Shown: positions 16,404 through 24,443 of the stretch, one piece after another
How positions within the stretch are numbered: position 1 is the stretch's first letter
How the letters are laid out: every line of letters starts with the position of its first letter
Source of the DNA: Thermoanaerobaculia bacterium
GTDB lineage: Bacteria; Acidobacteriota; Thermoanaerobaculia; UBA5066
NCBI GenBank assembly: GCA_963719225.1
Contig: CAVRAY010000002.1
Span: 128,001 to 192,000, forward strand
DNA length: 64,000 nucleotides
Direction of reading: 5' to 3'
Translations under genes and position numbers: made by a program
The notes under the pieces: model-generated
Seen by the model: the letters and a program-made list of their open reading frames with translations, nothing else
Databases searched by the model: none
What the model was told of the DNA's origin: nothing

Positions 16404-19081
16404 GCGGACCACACGCCGCTGCGGGCCGCGACCTGACGGGGTCCCGACTCGGCCACTACGAGATTCGCGCGCGCCTCGGCGCAGGCGGCATGGGAGACGT
16501 CTACAGAGCGCAGGATTCGCGGCTCGAGAGGGAGGTCGCGCTGAAGGTCCTGCCGGAAGACTTCTTCGATGACAAGGACAGGAGAAGGCGCTTCGAGCAG
16601 GAAGCGAAACTGCTCGCCGCGCTCAGCCACCCGAACGTCGCGGCCGTCTATTCGTTCGAAGAGGTTCCCGGCTTCACCGGTTCCCCTGCCCGGCACCTTC
16701 TCGCGATGGAGCTCGTCGAGGGAAAGACGCTGCGCGAGCTTCTCGCCGCGGGTCCGCTTCCTCCGAAGACCCTTCTCGACCTCTCCTGCCAGGTCTCGAC
16801 GGGCCTGGCGCAGGCGCACGAGGCGGGGATCGTCCATCGGGACCTCAAGCCCGAGAACATCATGGTCTCGAAGGACGGCTTCGTGAAGATCCTCGACTTT
16901 GGTCTGGCGAAGAGGCTGCCCTTCGAACGGGGCGCTCCGGTCTCCGGCGCGACGGTGACCGCCCTGACGGAAGCCGGGCACGTCGTCGGGACCGCGGGTT
17001 ACATGTCGCCCGAACAGGCCGGGGGCGGCGCCGTGGACTTTCGCTCGGACCAGTTCTCGTTCGGATCGATCCTGTACGAGATGGTCGCGGGCGTGAGAGC
17101 GTTTCAAAAAAAGACCGCCGTCGAAACGCTTTCGGCGATTCTGAACGAAGAGCCGAGACCCGTCGCCGAGATCAACCCGGCCGCGCCCCCGCCTGTGCGC
17201 TGGGTCATCGAGCGGTGCCTGGCCAAGGATCCGGCGGGCCGCTACGCCTCCACCCAGGACCTGGCGAGAGAGCTGAGAACCGTTCGCGATCACTTGACGG
17301 AAGTGTCTGGCATGTCGGCCCCCGCTTTCGCCGCCGCCGCGCCGCGCCGCCGGATCATCGCGCTCATGGGATTTGCGGCAGCGATTCTTCTCGCGCTCGG
17401 CTGGGCGGCCGGGCGACTCCCCCGGGCTGGCGCTGCATGGGAAAACCCCCTGGCGGGAGCCCGCTTCACCCGACTCACGGACTTCGAAGGTTCAGAACTG
17501 GACGCGGTGATCTCAGCGGACGGCAAGCTCGTGGCGTTTCTCGCGGACCGTGATGGCCCGTTCGATGTCTGGGTGGGTCAGGTTGGCGGCACGGGATTCG
17601 TGAATCTCACGCGTGGGCGCTTTCCATCGCTGTACAACGCCTCCACACGCAACATCGGCTTCACCCCGGATGGCACTCAGGTTTGGGTCCACGTCACCGG
17701 CAAAGGCATGACCGAGCACACCATCTGGCTCATCCCCACGCTCGGAGGCGAGGCCCGCCCGTTCCTCACCAATGCGGTTTCCGTCGCCTGGTCACCCGAC
17801 GGGAAGCGCCTCGTCTACCACGAGCCCACGAAAGGGGATCCGGTCTTCCTGGCTGACGCGACCGGTGGCGGCATCGCCAGGCGGTTCGAGGACAAGCCGG
17901 GGCTTCACTGGCACGACCCGGCGTGGGGATCTGACGGACGTTCGCTCTTCTTCTCGCGCGGCCTGCCGCGGGAGGACATGGATCTCTGGCACCTTCCCGT
18001 CGCAACGGGCCCGCCCGAGCGGATGACGAAGCACAGTGCGCGGGTGCGTTATCCGGCGCCGCTAAACGCCAGAACGATCGTCTACTGCGCGATCGGCGAA
18101 GAGGCTTCGGGTTCCGCCCTTTACGCGCTCGACGTGGAGTCCCGGGTGACGCGACGCATCAGCTCCGGACTCGAGGAGTACCTTTCGATCGCCGTTAGCG
18201 CGGACGGCATGCGTCTCGTCGCCGCAGTGGCAAATCCGGATCGGAATCTCTGGACCGTTCCGGTAACCGAGGGGGTCGTCGAGGAGGCGAGCGCCACACG
18301 TGTTTCCCTGTCCGCGGTGCGGGCGATCCGTCCGCGGTGGGACCACGATTCTCTGCTCTTCCTTTCGTACAAGGGCGGCTCGGATCGCCTGTTCAGGAGC
18401 AGCGGCCGGGAGGTCTCGGAACTTTGGAATCCGGTCGGAGGTTCGATAAGCGGGGCGCCCGCCGTTTCCCCCGATGGCGCAAGTATCTGTTTTCCGGTTC
18501 GACGGGCCGGCCGCACTCAGCTTCAGATCATTGCCGCGGACGGCACGAACCCGCGAATCCTCGGAGCGTCTCTCGAGCTCCATGACGGCGCGACCTGGTC
18601 GGCCGACTCGAAGTCGATTGCGGTCTCCGCGACGGACGAGACGGGCTTCGGGCTCTTCAAGGTGCCCGTGGACGGGGGAGCCGTGCAGCGCCTCGTCACG
18701 GGAATCGTCTGGAATCTGGTCTGGTCGCCGGACGGCCGCTTCATCGTCTATTCGGAATCGATTGCCGGGCCGCTCCGGCGCATTCGCGCCGTGACGGCGG
18801 CCGGGACACCACACCCCGTTCCGGAGCTGACCGTTTGGCATGAGGCGGATCGATACCGCTTCCTCGGCGACAGCAGACGTCTCGTCGTCCTGAAGGGACC
18901 GTACCGGCACCAGGACTTCTGGCTGGTCGACCTCGAGACGGGAAAGGAGCGTCGACTCACGAACCTCAAGCCGGGATACGAGCCCAACAGCTTCGACATT
19001 TCGCCCGACGGTCGCCAGATCGTGTTCGACCGCGTTCGGGAGAACTCCGACATCGTCCTGATCGACCGGGTCCGGCAATGA
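16400..19081 (+). CDS. Hanks-type Ser/Thr protein kinase with a TM helix and a TolB-like beta-propeller
   Basis: GAGGMGDVY, VALK, HRDLKPEN, DFG, GTAGYMSPEQ; TM helix; WSPDG repeats; GTGA overlap with the regulator stop. Confidence 0.92.
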   Translation: MSGPHAAAGRDLTGSRLGHYEIRARLGAGGMGDVYRAQDSRLEREVALKVLPEDFFDDKDRRRRFEQEAKLLAALSHPNVAAVYSFEEVPGFTGSPARHLLAMELVEGKTLRELLAAGPLPPKTLLDLSCQVSTGLAQAHEAGIVHRDLKPENIMVSKDGFVKILDFGLAKRLPFERGAPVSGATVTALTEAGHVVGTAGYMSPEQAGGGAVDFRSDQFSFGSILYEMVAGVRAFQKKTAVETLSAILNEEPRPVAEINPAAPPPVRWVIERCLAKDPAGRYASTQDLARELRTVRDHLTEVSGMSAPAFAAAAPRRRIIALMGFAAAILLALGWAAGRLPRAGAAWENPLAGARFTRLTDFEGSELDAVISADGKLVAFLADRDGPFDVWVGQVGGTGFVNLTRGRFPSLYNASTRNIGFTPDGTQVWVHVTGKGMTEHTIWLIPTLGGEARPFLTNAVSVAWSPDGKRLVYHEPTKGDPVFLADATGGGIARRFEDKPGLHWHDPAWGSDGRSLFFSRGLPREDMDLWHLPVATGPPERMTKHSARVRYPAPLNARTIVYCAIGEEASGSALYALDVESRVTRRISSGLEEYLSIAVSADGMRLVAAVANPDRNLWTVPVTEGVVEEASATRVSLSAVRAIRPRWDHDSLLFLSYKGGSDRLFRSSGREVSELWNPVGGSISGAPAVSPDGASICFPVRRAGRTQLQIIAADGTNPRILGASLELHDGATWSADSKSIAVSATDETGFGLFKVPVDGGAVQRLVTGIVWNLVWSPDGRFIVYSESIAGPLRRIRAVTAAGTPHPVPELTVWHEADRYRFLGDSRRLVVLKGPYRHQDFWLVDLETGKERRLTNLKPGYEPNSFDISPDGRQIVFDRVRENSDIVLIDRVRQ

Positions 19082-19123
19082 GGTACCGCGTATGGCTGGC
19101 AGTCGGCCGGATGTTCGGCGCCC

Positions 19124-19264
19124 TCACTTCGGGAAAGCCGAGGTGTCGATCGAGGGAAGGATCCTGAGCGCGTTCTTGTAATAGAACTCCTCGATCGACA
19201 TCGTCTGGGCGTTTGCGAACCGGGCAAGAAGTAGCGCGGTCAGCGCTCCGGTGCGCAATCTCAC
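19124..19264 (-). pseudogene. Internally deleted remnant of a secreted amidohydrolase-family gene (46 aa)
   Basis: GTG start overlaps the murF stop, with SD GGAGG. Signal-like RLRTGALTALLLARFANA and QTMSIEEF are fused directly to YYKNALRILPSIDTSAFPK. From memory, both ends resemble termini of secreted Amidohydro_2 proteins (not searched). Confidence 0.6.
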
Positions 19265-20715
19265 GGGTGACTTTCCTCCGACGCCGCGAGCGCGTCGACC
19301 ACGCGCTCGAGCTTCATCCCGCGACTCCCCTTGACGAGGACGGTGTCGCCCGGCTGAAGGATTGGGCGAAGCCAGGCGAGGAGCGGCTCGATCTCGGTGA
19401 AGTGGGCCGAGGGATGAGAGGAAGAAGAAGAGAATTCCTTGAAAGTAAGAGAGGAACGCGGCCCGAAGAATGCCGCCAGCTCGACGGATTCCGCGGCCTT
19501 CCGTCCCAGCTTTCGATGCTCTTCCTCTTCGGAGGCTCCGAGCTCGAGCATGTCGCCCAGCACCGCGATCGCGCGGGCGGACCCGGGCACGCTCAGGCTC
19601 GCGAGGGTCGTGAGCGCAGCCTCCATGGACGCAGGCGAGGCGTTGTAGCAATCGTCGAGGATCGTGATCCCGCCCGCGCCCGCCACCAAGCGGGAGCGGT
19701 GCGAATAAGGCTTCGCAGCGGCAAGCCCGCGGGAGATTTCCTCGAATGTATAAGAGAGCGCGAGAGCCGTGGCCGCCGCGGCTGCCGCATTCATGGCGTT
19801 GTGCTCCCCCACGAACCCCAGCCTGACGGTGACCTTGCGGAGCTGTAGGTCGCCGCCGAGACGTCCACGCCCCGGATGGCCGTCCCACTCTTCCCCTTCC
19901 AAGCAGATTTCCTGCCCTTGAATTCCGAGAGGCGTTACCCGCACAAGACGGACGTCCGCAACGGCGCTCTTGCCAAAGAAGATCTTCTTCACGCCGCTCG
20001 CCACCCGCTCCGCCTGCGTCAGGCAGCGCGCGTCGTCCGCGTTCACGACCGCGACGGAGCCCGGAAGGAGGCCGCGGTAGAGCTCGCCCTCGGCTTCCGC
20101 GACGCCGTCGAGGTCCTTCAGGAACTCGAGGTGCTCGGCCGCCACGAGCGTCAGGACACCGGCGTCCGGGCGGGCCATCGCGGTGATCCGCTGGAGCTCG
20201 CCCGGCGTCGACATGCCGAGCTCCACGACCGCGGCCTTATGCTCGCTTCGGAGGGAGAGAAGCGTCAGCGGGACTCCGATCTCGTTGTTGAAGTTACCTT
20301 CCGTCGCGAGCGCGGGACCGCGCGTCCTGAGGATCGCCGCGACCATCTCCTTCGTGGTGGTCTTGCCGGCCGATCCGCCGACCGCCGCGACGGGAATCGA
20401 GAACCGGCTTCGGTGGAAAGCCGCGAGAGCCCCGAGCGCCCGGAGCGTGTCGTCGACCTCGAAGAGCGGAAGTCCCCAAACGCGCGGCGTTCCCTTCCTC
20501 ACGACCGCCGCGACCGCGCCTTTGGCGGCCGCCTCGCCGAGAAACGCGTGCCCGTCGAACCGGTCGCCCTTCAGCGCGACGTAGAGCGCGCCCGGAAGCA
20601 GCGTGCGCGTGTCGATCGAAACGGACGAAAACGCAGGTGGAAAAGCGTCGGCCCGGGAAGCAGCCGTCGCGCGCGCGACGTCCTCCGCCGTGAAGACTCC
20701 CTCAGTCGAGGCCGT
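19261..20715 (-). CDS. murF: UDP-N-acetylmuramoyl-tripeptide--D-alanyl-D-alanine ligase
   Basis: SIDTRTL...ALKGDRFDGHAF lies upstream of the ORF-track start. Also GSAGKTTTKE, GNFNNEIGVPLTL, DDCYNASPASM, GDMLELG and KGSRGMKLE. Proposed start is ACG at 20715, 7 nt after AGGAG. Confidence 0.92.
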   Translation of the reverse strand, partial: TASTEGVFTAEDVARATAASRADAFPPAFSSVSIDTRTLLPGALYVALKGDRFDGHAFLGEAAAKGAVAAVVRKGTPRVWGLPLFEVDDTLRALGALAAFHRSRFSIPVAAVGGSAGKTTTKEMVAAILRTRGPALATEGNFNNEIGVPLTLLSLRSEHKAAVVELGMSTPGELQRITAMARPDAGVLTLVAAEHLEFLKDLDGVAEAEGELYRGLLPGSVAVVNADDARCLTQAERVASGVKKIFFGKSAVADVRLVRVTPLGIQGQEICLEGEEWDGHPGRGRLGGDLQLRKVTVRLGFVGEHNAMNAAAAAATALALSYTFEEISRGLAAAKPYSHRSRLVAGAGGITILDDCYNASPASMEAALTTLASLSVPGSARAIAVLGDMLELGASEEEEHRKLGRKAAESVELAAFFGPRSSLTFKEFSSSSSHPSAHFTEIEPLLAWLRPILQPGDTVLVKGSRGMKLERVVDALAASEESHP

Positions 20716-21814
20716 AGCGCGTCTCCTGGAGGATGTAGTCCACGACCGCGGGCAGGCTCTGCGTCTTCTCGTAGACCTCGCGCTGGCGGTCCGCGCCCGT
20801 GCGGCGCGCCAGGATCGTGTGGACGTACTCGATCTCCTTCCGCGACCCGAGGTCGTCCAGGACGTCGTCCACGAACGCGAGAAGCTCCCCGAGGAGCGAC
20901 GCGAACGGAACCTCCTCTTTCTTCCCGAAGTCGATCAGGGGGCCGTCGATGCCGAAGCGCGCCGCGCGTGTCTTGTTCTCGCTGATGAGGGCCCGCGGGT
21001 AGAGCCGGAAGGTCAGGTTCCCGTCGTAGAGCTTCCAGAGCTTTACGGTGATCGCCTGGAAAAGCGCCGCCAGGCAGATCGTCTCGTCCACGCGCATCGG
21101 GATGTCGCAGATCCGGTACTCGAGGGTCGGGAAGAACGGGTGCGGCCGCACGTCCCACCAGATCTTCTTCGGGTTGTCGATGCAGTTCGTCTTCACGAGC
21201 GTCTCGACGTAGCTCATGTAATCGGCCCACGAGAAATACTGGTCCGGAATTCCCGTGCGCGGGAACCGTTCGAACACCTTCGCGCGGAAGCTCTTCCACC
21301 CCGTGTCGCGTCCCGACCAGAACGGCGAGTTCGTCGAGAGCGCGAAGACGTGCGGAAGAAAGTACCGAACTGCGTTCTGCAGCGCGATCCGGGTCTCGTC
21401 GTGCTCGACGGCGACATGCACGTGGAGCCCGAAGATCAGGTTGCCGCGCGCGACATCCCCGAGGTCGTAGAGGATCCTCTCGTAGCGCGGGTTCTCGGTG
21501 ATCGGCACTTCCGACCAGTTCGTGAAGGGATGCGTTCCGGCGGCGCCGATCGCGAGGCCCGCCGAGCCCGTGAGCGCCACGAGCTCCCGCCTGAGGTTCG
21601 TCACGTCGGCACGCGCCTCGGCGATGTCCTTGCAGATTCCCGTTCCCACCTCGACGACGGACTGGTGGAATTCGCGCTTGATCTTGTCCTTGAGGCGCAG
21701 CTCGCCGGCCGCGAAGAGCTCCTGGATGTGGGCCTTGAGCGCGCGCGTCCCGGGATCGATGATCTGGAACTCCTCCTCGATCCCGAGGGTGAACGACGGG
21801 CGCGGCGCTCCCAC
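20702..21814 (-). CDS. ybdK: Carboxylate-amine ligase (GCS2/YbdK family glutamate--cysteine ligase-like)
   Basis: FTLGIEEEFQ, AAGTHPF, IFGLHVHV, STNSPFW, FPRTGIP, IWWDVRPHPFFPTLEYRICD, ENKTRAARFG. Confidence 0.9.
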   Translation of the reverse strand: MGAPRPSFTLGIEEEFQIIDPGTRALKAHIQELFAAGELRLKDKIKREFHQSVVEVGTGICKDIAEARADVTNLRRELVALTGSAGLAIGAAGTHPFTNWSEVPITENPRYERILYDLGDVARGNLIFGLHVHVAVEHDETRIALQNAVRYFLPHVFALSTNSPFWSGRDTGWKSFRAKVFERFPRTGIPDQYFSWADYMSYVETLVKTNCIDNPKKIWWDVRPHPFFPTLEYRICDIPMRVDETICLAALFQAITVKLWKLYDGNLTFRLYPRALISENKTRAARFGIDGPLIDFGKKEEVPFASLLGELLAFVDDVLDDLGSRKEIEYVHTILARRTGADRQREVYEKTQSLPAVVDYILQETRYGLD

Positions 21815-21840
21815 GGCTCAGCCCGCGCGGTCCGCGGCTC

Positions 21841-22803
21841 TCATTTCGCGATGCCCAGGAGCTTCGGCCAGGTGCCGAGGCTCTCGAAGGGGCGCGGCTG
21901 ACGAACGCGGTCGAGGAGGAACTCGGCCATCGCGCGGACGATCCAGTCGAAGTTCTCCTGGCCCACGGAGGCGACGTCGGCGTCCGGCGCGCAGTTCATG
22001 AAGTCGATCGCATAGGGAACGCCGTCCCTCACGGCGAACTCCACGGTGTTCAGGTCGTAGCCCAGGGCCTCGCACAGGGCAATGGATCCCTCCGTCACGC
22101 GCTGGACGATCGCCGCGGGGACGGCCCGGCCCCGCGCCGCCTCGTAGCGCAGGTGGTGCGGCTCCTTCGGGGCGTATCCCATGATGCGCACGCGCTTTCG
22201 CCCCACGACGTAGCAGCGATAGTAGTCCGTGAACTCGATCGCCTCCTGCGCCATCATCTCGAGGTCACGGGTCTCTTCGTACGCGGAGAAGAACGCGTCC
22301 GGCGTGTCGCACTTGTAGACGTCCTTCCAGCCTCCGCCGTTCGCGGGCTTCAGGAAGATCGGGAACCCGAGGTACGAGAAGACACGGTCCCAGTCCACCA
22401 TTTCCAGGTTCCGGAAGGACTTCTCGGTCGTGTTCGGCGGGCGGTGCTTGTGCGGGAGGAGGACCGTCTTCGGCACGGCGACGCCGGCCGCGAGCGCGAC
22501 GACGTTGTCGAAGAACTTGTCGTCCGCCGACCACCAGATCGGGTTGTTCACGACGTCGACGCCGCGCGCGACGGCGCACTTCAGGAACGTCCGGTAGAAG
22601 GGAACTTCGTGGCTGATGCGGTCGAGGATGACGGAATCCTCGAAGGACTGCTCCTGCGTCAGATGGGAAATCTTCACGGGGCCGGACTCGATCGCTTCTC
22701 CGCTCTTTTTCGCGAGCGTGTTGATCTCGTTCATCAGGGCCCAGGGAAACGTGTCCTCCATGCCGAACAGAATCCCGATCCGCTTGTTCGCCACCTCCGT
22801 CAC
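21841..22803 (-). CDS. ATP-grasp ligase (RimK/glutathione synthetase-like)
   Basis: ADDKFF, VPKTVLLP, FPIFLKPANGGGWKDVYK, QEAIEF, VEFAVRDGVPYAIDFMN; GTG start after GAGG. Confidence 0.85.
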   Translation of the reverse strand: MTEVANKRIGILFGMEDTFPWALMNEINTLAKKSGEAIESGPVKISHLTQEQSFEDSVILDRISHEVPFYRTFLKCAVARGVDVVNNPIWWSADDKFFDNVVALAAGVAVPKTVLLPHKHRPPNTTEKSFRNLEMVDWDRVFSYLGFPIFLKPANGGGWKDVYKCDTPDAFFSAYEETRDLEMMAQEAIEFTDYYRCYVVGRKRVRIMGYAPKEPHHLRYEAARGRAVPAAIVQRVTEGSIALCEALGYDLNTVEFAVRDGVPYAIDFMNCAPDADVASVGQENFDWIVRAMAEFLLDRVRQPRPFESLGTWPKLLGIAK

Positions 22804-22889
22804 CGATTCCTCCCCGAGCGGCGCTCGCCGCGGGCGCATCCTAACGGAGCGGCGAAGAGAAGCGCAAAGGACTTGGTTAGACTCCCTCG

Positions 22890-23594
22890 ATGAAACGCGA
22901 GTACGGATCCTGGAAGAGCGCCGCGCTTTCGAGGCCGATGGAGTTTCTCTGGTTCGGCGACCGCGGGCGGCCCGTCCTCTTCTTCCCGACGTCGATGGGG
23001 CGCTTCTATCAGAACGAGGACTTCGGCCTCACGGGGGCGCTCGCCGACAAGGTGGACGCCGGATGGCTGCAGCTCGTCTGCGTCGACTCCGTGGACGCCG
23101 AGAGCTGGTACAACAAGACGATCCCCCCCGCCGCGCGCGCGCGTCGCCACGACGCCTACGACCGCTACTTTCGAGACGAGATGCTGCCGTACATCACGGC
23201 GCGGACCGGCGGGAACATCGTGACCGTCGGCGCGTCCTTCGGGGCGTACCACGCCGCGAACGTAGCGGCGCGGTATCCCGGCGTCGTCACGAAGGCGATC
23301 TGCTTCTCCGGCCTCTACGACGTGTTCCAGTTCCTCGACGGCTACTGGGACCAGACCTGCTACTACCACTCGCCGATGGCCTACATCGCGAACATGGACG
23401 AAGCCTGGAAAGAGAAGCTTCGCGAGGTCGAATGGGTCGTCGCGACCGGCGAGAACGATTCGCTCGTGCGCCAGAACCGGGAGTTCGCGGCGCTCCTCGA
23501 AAGGCAGGGGCAGCGCGTTCAGGCGGAGTTCTGGCCCGGCGTCTTCGGCCACGACTGGCCGTTCTGGAAAGAGCACATCCGGAGATTCATCTGA
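22890..23594 (+). CDS. Putative esterase (alpha/beta hydrolase)
   Basis: FPTSMGRFYQNED, nucleophile elbow GASFG, GHDWPFW. Confidence 0.88.
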   Translation: MKREYGSWKSAALSRPMEFLWFGDRGRPVLFFPTSMGRFYQNEDFGLTGALADKVDAGWLQLVCVDSVDAESWYNKTIPPAARARRHDAYDRYFRDEMLPYITARTGGNIVTVGASFGAYHAANVAARYPGVVTKAICFSGLYDVFQFLDGYWDQTCYYHSPMAYIANMDEAWKEKLREVEWVVATGENDSLVRQNREFAALLERQGQRVQAEFWPGVFGHDWPFWKEHIRRFI

Positions 23595-24388
23595 CTCGTG
23601 GCGTTCCGATCGCCTTTTTCGCGAGCCTCGTCTGGATCGGCGCGGCCTCCGTGCAGGCGGCAGGCCTTGAAGCCGCGGACGGTTATTCCTACCCGTATAC
23701 CGTACGGTCCGACCGTCTGATTGTCGAGCAGGAAGGTTCCGTCGCCGTTTCCGGCCCGAGGCGCCGGATCGAGAGGAGAACGGATGGTGTCGCGATCGTG
23801 ACGACGTGGCCGGACTCGAGCCGTTGTTTTTCGTTCGACGTCCAGCGCCGGACGTTCTGGGAATGTTCCGAGGCGGCGGCGCCGGCCTCGCCGGGCCCCC
23901 TGCCCGAAGTCTCCCGGCTGACGGTGCGCGAGATCCCTCCTCCCGAGGACGCTGCCGGCGGAGCCGCGGGCCTGAAGCGCCGCGCCCGGCTTCTCTCCTG
24001 CCGCCTCACGACGCCGCTGCCGGGAGGCGCGAAGAACCCCGCGGCGCGCTTTCTGAAGGCGTACGTCGCGGACCTCAGCGTCGAGCTCGTCGTCTCGGAG
24101 GTGGAGGCGCCGGGTCTCGTCGTGCCGTGGCGGCTGCACGCGAATCTCTTCGGGCAGCATCTCGCGCCGGTCGAGGACGCGCTCGCGGCCTTCCTTGCCT
24201 CCCGCGAAGGGAGGCCCGTGCGCCTGCGCGTGCGTACGACCCGCACGGCCGAGGGCGGTACCGCCGTTCGCGACGAAGTCGAGGTCGTCTTCGGGGAATT
24301 CCGTCCTCTTCCGGCGGACCCGGCGTTCTTCGAGGTGCCGCGGGGCTACCGGCACGAGAAGCCGGTCGTCGGCATTCCCGCGCTCTGA
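23591..24388 (+). CDS. Hypothetical exported protein
   Basis: 3' part of ORF 22616-24388. Signal-like TRGVPIAFFASLVWIGAASVQA; C-terminal DPAFFEVPRGY resembles DUF4412-type tails. Proposed CTG start overlaps the esterase stop. Confidence 0.6.
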   Translation: MTRGVPIAFFASLVWIGAASVQAAGLEAADGYSYPYTVRSDRLIVEQEGSVAVSGPRRRIERRTDGVAIVTTWPDSSRCFSFDVQRRTFWECSEAAAPASPGPLPEVSRLTVREIPPPEDAAGGAAGLKRRARLLSCRLTTPLPGGAKNPAARFLKAYVADLSVELVVSEVEAPGLVVPWRLHANLFGQHLAPVEDALAAFLASREGRPVRLRVRTTRTAEGGTAVRDEVEVVFGEFRPLPADPAFFEVPRGYRHEKPVVGIPAL

Positions 24389-24443
24389 CGCAGGGCACTC
24401 TCTTTCCGCGTAGCGGCGCGTTGGGAAAGAAAGCCGTGAATCC

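Noticed and set aside
1-19260. Calling the accessory region a mobile element or prophage
   Set aside because: No integrase, transposase, phage genes, tRNA or att repeats are visible in the window.
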